A DNA stretch of 18,707 nt from Elusimicrobiota bacterium. Its GTDB lineage: Bacteria; CG03; SLGR01; JAGXOG01. The position numbers and the translations under genes were made by a program. The stretch is taken from contig JBNJDT010000027.1 of assembly GCA_051745145.1 (NCBI GenBank), positions 1 through 18,707 of the forward strand. The letters run 5' to 3'. Below the pieces are notes generated by a model. It was given only the letters and a program-made list of their open reading frames with translations, was not told the DNA's origin and ran no database searches. Shown piece by piece: positions 8,570-17,694 of the stretch (within the stretch, counting starts at the first letter, position 1; every line of letters begins with the position of its first letter).

Positions 8570-11349
8570 TGAAAGAATGGATGATAAATAGCAGATATCT
8601 GGTTATGAGCGAAGTCGGGGAGGGCGGTTTTGCAACGGTTTATAAAGCATGGGATAATATGCTTCAAAAATTTGTTGCAATAAAGAAAATACATAAAGAA
8701 TACTCTTCGGATGCCAAATTTGTGGATATGTTTAAAAATGAGGCTGTTAATACAGCCCGGTTGGAACATGAAAATATTGTCAGAGTTATTAATTTTATCC
8801 GGGATACCCATAATAATCACTATATAATAATGGATTTTGTAAGGGGGGTGGACCTGGAATATCTTATGAATAAATGCCCGGAACTTAATATTAAAATAAC
8901 TCCGGATATAGCGATGTATATAATAGGGGAAGTATTAAAAGCTCTTGACTACGCCCATTCGGTAAAAGACGAAGTAACAGGGGAACCTCTTAATATAGTG
9001 CACCGTGATATTTCTCCCGGCAATGTTATGCTGTATTTTAACGGCAGAATTAAGTTAACTGATTTTGGAATAGCTAAAGCCGGAGACGCCCGGCTAAAAA
9101 GAGAAAATAAAGAAAAGTTAACCGGAAAAATTTCATATATGTCGCCGGAACAGGCTAATGGCGACCGGCAACTTGACGGGCGCTCAGATTTATTTAGTTG
9201 TGGAATTGTCTTGTTTGAAATGCTTACCGGGGAAAAAGCTTTTGCGGGTGATACCGATGTCAGTGTGTGGAAAAAAGTTAAGAAAGCCAAAGTAGATTTT
9301 AAAAAATTAAAAGAGTATCAGATTCCGGATGAGATACAACAGATACTAAAGAAAGTCTTACAGCGCAAAGCTGAAGATAGATATAAAAATGCCGCAGCCA
9401 TGTTTATCGATATCAAAAAATACTTAAGTAAAAAAGGTAAGACCGATTATTTAAAAGATGAATACGAGGATTTTATAACTGATGCTTTAAAAGAGGAAAG
9501 AGTTGAGGCTAAAAAGAGACGGGAAAAAGAGTCAGAGAAAAATTTTAAGGAAATTGCCGAAGAAGCGTCCATTAGAAATAGACAAAAGGCGCAATCCAAA
9601 GAAACCCCAAACCCCCCACCCTCAACTAAGGATAAAGAAGGGGAAGCCGGAGATTCTCCCGGAAAAGGGGGGAAGGATAAAACAGTTATAGATTTTGTTC
9701 TTGACTCCGCCAAGCGATATAAAAAAATATTTATTACGTCGTTGCTGTCTATATTGTTGGCGGGCTTAATATTTACCGCTGTTGATACATATTATCAACT
9801 GACAGATTTTGGTATTAAAATAAATAATACTATATGGCCTCCCGCCCTTCAGATAGACAGTGTTCCTTCTGAAGCAAAAATTAATATTACTCAGGATGGG
9901 GAAAGTATAATAGAAGAAGAGGAAGCCGTTACCCCATTTGCTTTAGAGGAAATCAGGCCCGGTAATTATAAATTAGAAATGGAAAAAGAAGGGTTTGGCA
10001 CTTTAGAAAGAAATATTACGGTTTATGAAGGAGTTCCTGGAGAACAGAATATTTCAATACCCGGTTCCAGATTTGTTGAACAGGTCCATATAGTTCCATT
10101 TGAGATAAAGGTAGCTATAAAATCAGTTCCCTCTGAAGCAGATTTATTTATCAACGGCAGAAATATCGGAGAAACTCCTTTTGATGATATGCTGGAATTG
10201 GGAATGTATAGTTTTAAATTACAGAAAGAGGGGTTTGAAGTATTGGGGTCCGATCAGGCTTCAGGGTCATTTGAAAAAGGTGACTGTATAGTGGATTTAA
10301 TGAATCCCGATAGTAATGATACCAATATTGACCGTAGATTTTGGCAATATAATGAAAAAGAGGATGCCGGGGAGAAAAGTATTGAATTTACCGGGAAACT
10401 GTGGAAAAACTTTTCCGTAACCTCTCGGCCTTCCGGAGCCCAGGTTTATGTAGACGACGCTTCAGATCCTTTCGGCCAAACTCCGATGGAAACTTTATCC
10501 CTAACTGCCGGAACCCACACTGTAAAAATTTCCAGGAGTGGCTATCAATCCTGGGAGGATACGGTTAAAGTAGATGAAAATAGTGATGAAGAGATAAAAG
10601 CGGTATTGAAAAAACAGATAAAAATTTCAGCTTATGAAAGCGGCAATCCTTCCAAAGTTGTAAATGCCAGGGTTAGTATTCCGGGAACCGGTGTAGACCG
10701 CACTACGCCCTTTAGTGTGGTTTTACCTGTCAGAAGGCATACCTTTAAGTTTAGGGCAGAGCCCGAATACAAGGCAAAAACTTTTACAAGAGATGTGGCC
10801 AATTTACGCCAGCGATTAAATGTGGGGTTGGAATTACAGCCCCCTCATCTGGAGGTCAGGGTGAAAGAGTATGATAGTGAAAATGAAATACCAAACGCCA
10901 CGATATGGCTGGAAGGGGAATACTGGAAGAGAACCAGTAAATTGGGAATAGCATCAGGCTATGTCGACAGAGAGCCCGGGGAACTGCTGGTCGAAGCCCG
11001 CTCGGACGAATATGGTGAAAACAGAGTGCAAACTGATGTCGAACGCGGTGATAGAAAGACCGTTGAAATAGTTTTAGGCGCTCCCCAGGATGCAACTATA
11101 GTTGTAGATACTTCTGATATTACCCAGGACAGTAAGATTTATTTAGACGGGGAATATAAAGGAGAAGCTTTTCAACAGATGTCTCAGGTCTCCAGGGGTA
11201 CCCATAATATAGTAGTTGATATTGAAGATTATCCTGAAGAAATAGAAAAACAGCTAAAGATTGAAGAAGCGGAAGCATTAATTATTTTAAATTTAGTTGA
11301 AGAAGAAGGGGCTTATGTACTCAAGGAACAGGACCCGGAGGCATACTAG
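8569..11349 (+). CDS. Transmembrane Hanks-type Ser/Thr protein kinase with multiple C-terminal PEGA-like domains
   Basis: GEGGFATV, VAIKKI, HRDISPGN, DFG, GKISYMSPE, DLFSCG; charged/Pro linker; TM IFITSLLSILLAGLIFTAV; PEGA-like starts IDSVPSEAKI, IKSVPSEADLFING, VTSRPSGAQVYVD, PNATIWLEG, SKIYLDGEYKG. TAATG overlap with the receiver stop. Confidence 0.93.
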   Translation: MKEWMINSRYLVMSEVGEGGFATVYKAWDNMLQKFVAIKKIHKEYSSDAKFVDMFKNEAVNTARLEHENIVRVINFIRDTHNNHYIIMDFVRGVDLEYLMNKCPELNIKITPDIAMYIIGEVLKALDYAHSVKDEVTGEPLNIVHRDISPGNVMLYFNGRIKLTDFGIAKAGDARLKRENKEKLTGKISYMSPEQANGDRQLDGRSDLFSCGIVLFEMLTGEKAFAGDTDVSVWKKVKKAKVDFKKLKEYQIPDEIQQILKKVLQRKAEDRYKNAAAMFIDIKKYLSKKGKTDYLKDEYEDFITDALKEERVEAKKRREKESEKNFKEIAEEASIRNRQKAQSKETPNPPPSTKDKEGEAGDSPGKGGKDKTVIDFVLDSAKRYKKIFITSLLSILLAGLIFTAVDTYYQLTDFGIKINNTIWPPALQIDSVPSEAKINITQDGESIIEEEEAVTPFALEEIRPGNYKLEMEKEGFGTLERNITVYEGVPGEQNISIPGSRFVEQVHIVPFEIKVAIKSVPSEADLFINGRNIGETPFDDMLELGMYSFKLQKEGFEVLGSDQASGSFEKGDCIVDLMNPDSNDTNIDRRFWQYNEKEDAGEKSIEFTGKLWKNFSVTSRPSGAQVYVDDASDPFGQTPMETLSLTAGTHTVKISRSGYQSWEDTVKVDENSDEEIKAVLKKQIKISAYESGNPSKVVNARVSIPGTGVDRTTPFSVVLPVRRHTFKFRAEPEYKAKTFTRDVANLRQRLNVGLELQPPHLEVRVKEYDSENEIPNATIWLEGEYWKRTSKLGIASGYVDREPGELLVEARSDEYGENRVQTDVERGDRKTVEIVLGAPQDATIVVDTSDITQDSKIYLDGEYKGEAFQQMSQVSRGTHNIVVDIEDYPEEIEKQLKIEEAEALIILNLVEEEGAYVLKEQDPEAY

Positions 11350-11356
11350 GTAGAAA

Positions 11357-12841
11357 TTAAATAGTATTTTGAAAAATATAAAAAATACCTTTTAATGTAA
11401 GGTGATTATCTACTATATAATTTTTGAGAAATTCATCTCTTAAGAAATTTATTCTCCCCCCGGTAAATATAATAAGTGCATCTTTATCCCGCTCATTATT
11501 TATTTTATTTAGTATGGCATTAATTTGACCGGTGAGAGTATAATATAAACCGTTTTGCATACATTTTTTAGTATTTCTCCCTATTACATCTTCAGAGTCC
11601 GGTGGGATAAAATCCACTTTATTTAATCTATGAGCTCTGGCAACCAGGGCGTTCTCCATGGCTTCAATACCGGGAGCTATTATACCCCCTAAATATGTGC
11701 CCCTGCCGGAAATGACATCAAAAGTATTGGCGGTTCCCATATCGATAACAATGGAATCTTTTTTATAGATATTATTTACCGCCGCGGCATTGCATATTCT
11801 ATCCGCCCCTAAAGAGTCGGGTTCGGATATATCTATTGTAAGTCCGGCAGCAGTTAAATGGGAGATATTAATTGTCTTTGTGGATAATACAGAATTTAAT
11901 TTTTTATTAACTCTATCCGTAAGGGGATCTACTACAGAAGATATACCTACACCTTTAATATTAATGTTCTTAGTTATTTTCTTTATTTTACCGGATAGAT
12001 CATTTAAATAATTTTTATCACGGGAAGTAGCGATACGGGCGAATCTTAAATTTCCGGATTCATCTATAATACCCATTTTTGTGGAAGTGTTTCCAATATC
12101 TATCGCCAGAATTTTTGAAGGATGAGAAGAAGTGCGGCCCATAACCCTAACTGTTCCGGCATTAATTTTTTGAATTCCGGTGTCGGTTTTTATTTTAAGT
12201 TTACCGGTTCTGTCTATTCCGGCAGCAGTTCCCGTTCTTTTTCCTGTTTTTATTTTTTTACCGGAAAGATAAAGAGTTGTATTCAGTAAAGTAAAATCTT
12301 TTTCCGGAATTTCAGTAAATTTTTTGTATTTTTCTATGTTTTTTAACAGCTCTTTTAAAAATTGTTCTCTGTCTATGTCTACAATAGATATGTCTTTTCT
12401 TAAATTTTCTGGGAAGGAGTTTACTGACGAAGTTGTATTTAAACCCAGACCGAAGGCCACCCATTTTTTACCTAAAACTTCAGTAAGCAGCCCCCCGGCT
12501 TTTTTATCGTCTATTACAATATCATTGGGCCATTTCCATTTAACTTCAGGTACCCATTTTAACAGGGGTTTTAATACGGAGAGAAGGAAAAAGATACTTG
12601 CCAGCCTTTCATTGCCTTTAAAATGGGTTAATACTGAAAGATACAGGCCCCCGGGAGGAGAAGTCCATTTATTACCCCGCCGGCCCTTGCCCTTAAGTTG
12701 CTCCCTGGAGATAACCAGAGCATTGCAGGGACCGTTTTTGTGAATCTGCCTTATCCGGTCCTGCGTGGAATTAATTTTACGGTAAAATTCCACCCTGTCG
12801 CCGTAAAATATATCTGAAAAAAGCTCTTTATTATTCATCAA
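11357..12841 (-). CDS. birA/coaX: Fused biotin--[acetyl-CoA carboxylase] ligase (no HTH) / type III pantothenate kinase
   Basis: N-half: STQD, QLKGKGRRGNKWTSP, GLYLS, KWPND, KKAGGLLTE, GLGLN, GIDRTGKL. C-half: AIDIGNT, LGADR, VIDMGTANTFD, GGIIAPG, TGG, LTLKGI. One uninterrupted 494-aa frame. Confidence 0.93.
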   Translation of the reverse strand: MMNNKELFSDIFYGDRVEFYRKINSTQDRIRQIHKNGPCNALVISREQLKGKGRRGNKWTSPPGGLYLSVLTHFKGNERLASIFFLLSVLKPLLKWVPEVKWKWPNDIVIDDKKAGGLLTEVLGKKWVAFGLGLNTTSSVNSFPENLRKDISIVDIDREQFLKELLKNIEKYKKFTEIPEKDFTLLNTTLYLSGKKIKTGKRTGTAAGIDRTGKLKIKTDTGIQKINAGTVRVMGRTSSHPSKILAIDIGNTSTKMGIIDESGNLRFARIATSRDKNYLNDLSGKIKKITKNINIKGVGISSVVDPLTDRVNKKLNSVLSTKTINISHLTAAGLTIDISEPDSLGADRICNAAAVNNIYKKDSIVIDMGTANTFDVISGRGTYLGGIIAPGIEAMENALVARAHRLNKVDFIPPDSEDVIGRNTKKCMQNGLYYTLTGQINAILNKINNERDKDALIIFTGGRINFLRDEFLKNYIVDNHLTLKGIFYIFQNTI

Positions 12842-13706
12842 AACGCCTGATTATCATACTAAAATCTATAGCCGGCGCCGAATTAGTTAATCTACCTACA
12901 GATATAAAGTCCGGCCCGGTTGAGGCAAACTCTTCTATATTTTCCAGGGTAACTCCCCCGGATACTTCTATTTTTATATCGGGCTTTTGGCTTTTCACTA
13001 AGTCTCTGGCTATTTTTATATCTTCCGTGGTGAAATTATCCACCATAATAATATCCGGGGTATCTTGAGAAATTTTCAGTATTTTTTTTATCTGGTCTAT
13101 ATTCTCCACTTCTATTTCAACCTTAATGTTTTTGGGAGTTCTTTCTCTTATCTTTTTTAACAAAGTCTGTATACTATCCTTAGAACAGGTCAGATGATTT
13201 TCTTTTAATAACACTCGGTGGGATAGCGTCAAACGGTGATTTTTACCTCCTCCGCACCGGACTGCGTATTTTTCCAGTTTCCGGAGCCCGGGAATAGTTT
13301 TTCGGGTATCCAGAATCTCTGTTTTAGGGCTTATTTTTTTTACTTTTTTTACATATTCAGAAGTCAAAGTAGCTATTCCCGAAAGATGGGATAAAAAATT
13401 AATAGCGGTTCTCTCAGCTTTAAGTAATCCCTGAGGGGTTCCTGAAATTTCCATTATATTATCTTTGGATTGAACGGATTGTCGATCTTTTTTTAGAATT
13501 TTAATTTGAGTATCGGGATCAATTTTTTTAAAAACATATTCCCCAATTTCAGTACCGGAAATTATACCACTGTCTTTAGCTACTATATCCGCCTTTACTT
13601 TTTTTGGCTTTATATCCAGTCCCGAAGTTGTTATATCTTTTCCGGGCAGGTCTTCCTTTAAGGCTTTTTCTACAATATTTCTATAGCTGTTCTTTTTTAA
13701 TTTCAT
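12831..13706 (-). CDS. nadC: Carboxylating nicotinate-nucleotide diphosphorylase (quinolinate phosphoribosyltransferase)
   Basis: ALKED..DITT, ERTAINFL..LSGIATLT, DTRKTIPGLR.LEKYAV..GGG.NHR, KENH, EIEVE, MVDN, EVSGG, ISVG. Confidence 0.95.
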   Translation of the reverse strand: MKLKKNSYRNIVEKALKEDLPGKDITTSGLDIKPKKVKADIVAKDSGIISGTEIGEYVFKKIDPDTQIKILKKDRQSVQSKDNIMEISGTPQGLLKAERTAINFLSHLSGIATLTSEYVKKVKKISPKTEILDTRKTIPGLRKLEKYAVRCGGGKNHRLTLSHRVLLKENHLTCSKDSIQTLLKKIRERTPKNIKVEIEVENIDQIKKILKISQDTPDIIMVDNFTTEDIKIARDLVKSQKPDIKIEVSGGVTLENIEEFASTGPDFISVGRLTNSAPAIDFSMIIRRFDE

Positions 13707-15684
13707 TAATTTTATCCCTTATTACGGCCGCCAGTTCAAAATCAAGCATATCAGCGGCTTCCTTCATATCTTTTTCCATCTCCTTAATAAGTTTCTCCGG
13801 TTTTTTTTCTGCTTCGGAACTATTTATATCCCAGCCAGCTTTTTTTATGTATTGACTTGCTTCTTTTTTAGATTTATATCTAAATTCATGTTCATCCCTT
13901 ATGGCTTTTACAATTGTTCTGGGAGTGATATTATTTTTCTTATTATATTCTTTTTGAATTTTACGTCTTCGATCCATTTCATCTACAGCTCTTTTAATAG
14001 AACCGGTAATCTTATCGGCATAGAGTATTACCTCCCCTTTGACGTTTCTGGCCGCCCGTCCGCACACCTGAATTAATGAAGTCTCACTTCTTAAAAAACC
14101 TTCTTTATCCGCATCCAGAACGGCGACCAGAGTAACTTCCGGAAGATCCAGACCTTCCCGGAGTAAGTTTACGCCCACCAGACAATCAAAATTTCCCTTA
14201 CGGAGCTCTTTTAAAATATTTATCCGTTCAATAGTATCAATTTCCGAGTGAAGATACCTTACTCTTAAATTTTCTTTGTCCAGGTAGCCGGCCAGATCTT
14301 CCGCCATTCTTTTAGTTAAAGTGGTAGCCAGCACCCGTTCGTTATCCGCCGCTCTTTCAGTTACCTCCCGTATAAGATCCCGGACTTGATTCTCAACCGG
14401 TCTTATATCAACTTCCGGATCGACAAGACCCGTTGGTCTTATAATCTGCTCTACGATGCCTCCGGAACCGGTTGCCTTTTCTTTCTCATAATCCCCGGGA
14501 GTTGCGGAGACATAGAGCGAATAATTTATCGTATCGTTAAATTCTCTAAAATTAAGAGGGCGGTTATCAATAGCCGAAGGCAGACGGAATCCGTGCTTAA
14601 TTAAAGTTTTTTTTCGGGCCCGGTCCCCTTTGTACATAGCTTTTATCTGGGGAACAGTTACGTGAGATTCATCCAATATTGTGAGGAATTTGTCCGGGAA
14701 ATAATTTATAAGGCAGGCCGGGGGCTCTTTCGGTTTCCGTCCGGAAAGATGTCTGGAATAGTTTTCTATGCCTTTACAGTATCCGGTTTCTTTTAGCATT
14801 TCAATATCATATTTACACCGCATTTGAAGTCTTTGAGCTTCTAAGTGTTTCTGCTTATTTTTTAATTCTTTAACCCTTTCTTTAAGTTCTTTCCGGATGG
14901 ATTCAACAGCTCGATCAATAGTCTCCCGGGGAGCCACAAAATGGGTAGCCGGGTAGATAACGTAATTTTTAAATTCTTCCAGTTTTTTTCCGGTAACTGG
15001 ATTTATAGTGGAAATTTTCTTTATTTTTTCATTTTTTAATTCTAACCGCACAGCTTTTTCTTCATAGTAGGCCGGAAATATATCTATAACAGGCCCCCTA
15101 ACTCTAAAATTACCGTTGGTAAATTCAATATCATTGCGTTTATATTGTAGGGAAACCAGATCTGATAATAAGCTATTGCGGGAGTAGTTTTTACCGATTT
15201 CCAGGGATACGAGCATTTTTTTCCATTCTTTAGGACTGCCAATGCCGTATATACAGGAAACGGAGGCCACTATTACCACATCTTTTCTGCTCAGCAAAGA
15301 TGTGGTGGCTTTAAGTCTGAGCCGGTCTATCCGGTCATTAATAGAAGCGTCTTTTTCTATATAAGTATCGGTTTGAGGAACATAAGCTTCGGGTTGATAG
15401 TAGTCGTAGTAAGATACAAAATATTCCACTGCATTGTCGGGAAAAAAAGATTTTATTTCACTGTAAAGCTGGGCAGTAAGAGTTTTATTATGGGAAATTA
15501 TTAAAACCGGCATCTGAGTTTCTTCAATTACTCTGGCCATAGTGTAGGTTTTTCCGGAACCGGTTACTCCAAGAAGTACCTGATTCTTTTTTTGGTTGTT
15601 TATATTATCGGTCAGTTTTTTTATAGCTTCGGGCTGATCCCCCTGATCCGTAAAATCAGATTTTAAATTGAATTTATTTCCCAA
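13681..15684 (-). CDS. uvrB: Excinuclease ABC subunit B
   Basis: GDQPEAI, GVTGSGKT, YFVSYYDYYQPEAY beta-hairpin, VASVSCIYG, GIENYSRH, DESH, SATP, NLLREGLD, DADKEGFLRS, GRAARN, C-terminal UVR domain (LDFELAAVIRD). Confidence 0.99.
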   Translation of the reverse strand: MGNKFNLKSDFTDQGDQPEAIKKLTDNINNQKKNQVLLGVTGSGKTYTMARVIEETQMPVLIISHNKTLTAQLYSEIKSFFPDNAVEYFVSYYDYYQPEAYVPQTDTYIEKDASINDRIDRLRLKATTSLLSRKDVVIVASVSCIYGIGSPKEWKKMLVSLEIGKNYSRNSLLSDLVSLQYKRNDIEFTNGNFRVRGPVIDIFPAYYEEKAVRLELKNEKIKKISTINPVTGKKLEEFKNYVIYPATHFVAPRETIDRAVESIRKELKERVKELKNKQKHLEAQRLQMRCKYDIEMLKETGYCKGIENYSRHLSGRKPKEPPACLINYFPDKFLTILDESHVTVPQIKAMYKGDRARKKTLIKHGFRLPSAIDNRPLNFREFNDTINYSLYVSATPGDYEKEKATGSGGIVEQIIRPTGLVDPEVDIRPVENQVRDLIREVTERAADNERVLATTLTKRMAEDLAGYLDKENLRVRYLHSEIDTIERINILKELRKGNFDCLVGVNLLREGLDLPEVTLVAVLDADKEGFLRSETSLIQVCGRAARNVKGEVILYADKITGSIKRAVDEMDRRRKIQKEYNKKNNITPRTIVKAIRDEHEFRYKSKKEASQYIKKAGWDINSSEAEKKPEKLIKEMEKDMKEAADMLDFELAAVIRDKINEIKKEQL

Positions 15685-16421
15685 TTTGATATTTCCTCGG
15701 ATAAGTTATAATCCGTACTGTCCATAGTAAGGGGAGTTATAGTGGCAAATTTATTGTCTATTGCCTTTAAATCCGTTCCTTTATTCCGGTACCCGCTCAA
15801 TTTATCCCCCAGGATCCAGTAATACTTCCTGCCCAGTGGGTCTTCGCGCTCTCTGACTTTTCTGTCATATATTCTTATTCCCAGGCGGGTAATTTTAATA
15901 CCCTGAATCTCCTCATCCGGTAAGTTGGGAACATTTAAATTAAGTAGTTTTCTTTTTGGCAGTGAATTCTGGAGTACTTTTTTAGCCAGTTTGAAGGTGA
16001 TATTCACCGCTGTATCAAAATTTTTGTTTTTATCCTTACCGGTTACCAAAGAGGAAGCTATAGCCGGTATCCCCAGAAGGGCGGCTTCTCTGGCTCCGGC
16101 AACAGTACCGGAATAATATATGTCGTCTCCAAGATTGGCGCCGTCATTTATGCCGGATATTACAAGGTCAACGTTATCCTTTAGAACAGTCAATACGCCT
16201 ATGCGGGTACAGTCGGCAGGGGTTCCGCTGGTTGTAAATTCATTTTCACCTACCTGTCTAACCCTGAGGGGCTTGTGCAGGGTAAGAGAATTACCCGTGG
16301 CATTTTGGGGGGTTTCGGGAGCAACTATAGTTATATTACCCAGACTCCCCAGTTTTTTCTTTATTAATTTAAGAGCTATAGCGTTTATACCGTCATCATT
16401 TACTATTAATATATCAGTCAT
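15663..16421 (-). CDS. surE: 5'/3'-nucleotidase SurE
   Basis: NDDG, GTPADC, DLVISGINDGANLG, YSGTVAGAREA, LNLNVP, DPLGRKYYW, GTD, ITPL. Confidence 0.96.
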   Translation of the reverse strand: MTDILIVNDDGINAIALKLIKKKLGSLGNITIVAPETPQNATGNSLTLHKPLRVRQVGENEFTTSGTPADCTRIGVLTVLKDNVDLVISGINDGANLGDDIYYSGTVAGAREAALLGIPAIASSLVTGKDKNKNFDTAVNITFKLAKKVLQNSLPKRKLLNLNVPNLPDEEIQGIKITRLGIRIYDRKVREREDPLGRKYYWILGDKLSGYRNKGTDLKAIDNKFATITPLTMDSTDYNLSEEISNWEINSI

Positions 16422-16422
16422 C

Positions 16423-16827
16423 TTATCCTTTAATTATTTTTACATATACTTTTCTGGTTCTGGGACCATCGAATTCACAGAAAAAGATTGATTGCCAGGT
16501 CCCGAATTGGAGCTCGCCGTTATCTATGATTACTTCTACGGATTCTCCTACCAGGGTGGATTTTATATGAGCAGCCGAATTGCCCTCAGCGTGGCGGTAG
16601 GAAGAATGAGTCCAGGGAATTTTCTCATCCAGCAGCATGCTAATGTCCCTTATTACATTGGGATCTGCATTCTCATTTATGGTAACACCGGCGGTTGTAT
16701 GAGGAATAAATATTTTACAAATCCCATTTTTAGTACTGCTTTTTGAAACAATTGTTTGTACCTGTCCGGTTATATCTTTTAAATCTGTTCTGGCGGATGT
16801 ATTTACAGTAATTACATCATAATTCAT
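16423..16827 (-). CDS. yjbQ: YjbQ/UPF0047 family protein
   Basis: HTTAG..INENADP, HAEGNSAAHIK, GTWQSIFFCEFDGPRTR. Confidence 0.93.
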   Translation of the reverse strand: MNYDVITVNTSARTDLKDITGQVQTIVSKSSTKNGICKIFIPHTTAGVTINENADPNVIRDISMLLDEKIPWTHSSYRHAEGNSAAHIKSTLVGESVEVIIDNGELQFGTWQSIFFCEFDGPRTRKVYVKIIKG

Positions 16828-16831
16828 ATTA

Positions 16832-16838
16832 ACCTCCT
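16832..16838 (-). promoter_or_regulatory. Shine-Dalgarno sequence of yjbQ
   Basis: AGGAGGT on the minus strand, 4 nt before the ATG at 16827. Confidence 0.8.
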
Positions 16839-16881
16839 GTTAAATTTCTATTTTTTTAATAAACACTTGATATCTCATAAA

Positions 16882-17694
16882 TCAGTCAATATCTATTTTT
16901 TTGACATCGTTAATTGGATGTTCTAAAAAGATACTCCCTCTTTTCCCGAAAAGATCCGGGGCGTCACTAACGTAAAATTGATAATTTGCCTCTTTTTCGG
17001 ACCGGGATTGTAATAAATTAGATTCTTTTAAATTATTTTTAACTTTTTCCGCGACGACCCGGGCAGAATCAATCACCCGGGTTGATTTCCCCACGACCTC
17101 CGTTATAATATTTTTTAACAGAGGATAATGGGTGCATGCGAGAATAAGGGCCTGGATGTTGTTCTTGAATTTATCCAGATAAATCCGGGCAACTTCTCTG
17201 GTCACGTGGTGATTTACCCAGCCTTCTTCAACCAGGGGTACAAAAAGAGGGCAGGCGCGGGAGTAAATTTTAAGTTCAGGATTTTTAACTTTCAGTTTTT
17301 TTTGATAAATCCCGCTTTTTATAGTACCGTAAGTTCCGATAATACCGATGGAATTTGTATCTGTTCTGAGGGCGGCCTCTACCCCGGGGTTTACAACGCC
17401 TATTACCGGAAAATCAGTAACTTTTTTAAGGATGTCTAAAGCATAAACGGAGGCAGTATTGCAGGCTACTACTACGAATTTTACATTATTGTTTTTGAAA
17501 AATTCCACTGCCCCCCGGCTGTATTTAATAACAGTCTCTTTAGATTTATTACCGTAAGGTAGATGAGCGGTATCTCCAAAGTAGATAATATCTTCCCCGG
17601 GAAGAAGATTGGAGACGGCTTGAAAGACCGTCAGCCCCCCCATTCCCGAATCAAATATTCCAATTGGCTGTCTGGTTATCTTTTTTCTAACCAT
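16882..17694 (-). CDS. murI: Glutamate racemase
   Basis: IGIFDSGMGGLTV, YFGDTAHLPYG, catalytic ACNTAS and LACTHYP, FVPLVEEG. Confidence 0.98.
   Translation of the reverse strand: MVRKKITRQPIGIFDSGMGGLTVFQAVSNLLPGEDIIYFGDTAHLPYGNKSKETVIKYSRGAVEFFKNNNVKFVVVACNTASVYALDILKKVTDFPVIGVVNPGVEAALRTDTNSIGIIGTYGTIKSGIYQKKLKVKNPELKIYSRACPLFVPLVEEGWVNHHVTREVARIYLDKFKNNIQALILACTHYPLLKNIITEVVGKSTRVIDSARVVAEKVKNNLKESNLLQSRSEKEANYQFYVSDAPDLFGKRGSIFLEHPINDVKKIDID

Noticed and set aside
9480..9690. Charged, Pro/Gly-rich stretch in the STK as a separate domain or overlapping gene
   Set aside because: It fits an ordinary coiled or disordered juxtamembrane linker between kinase and TM.
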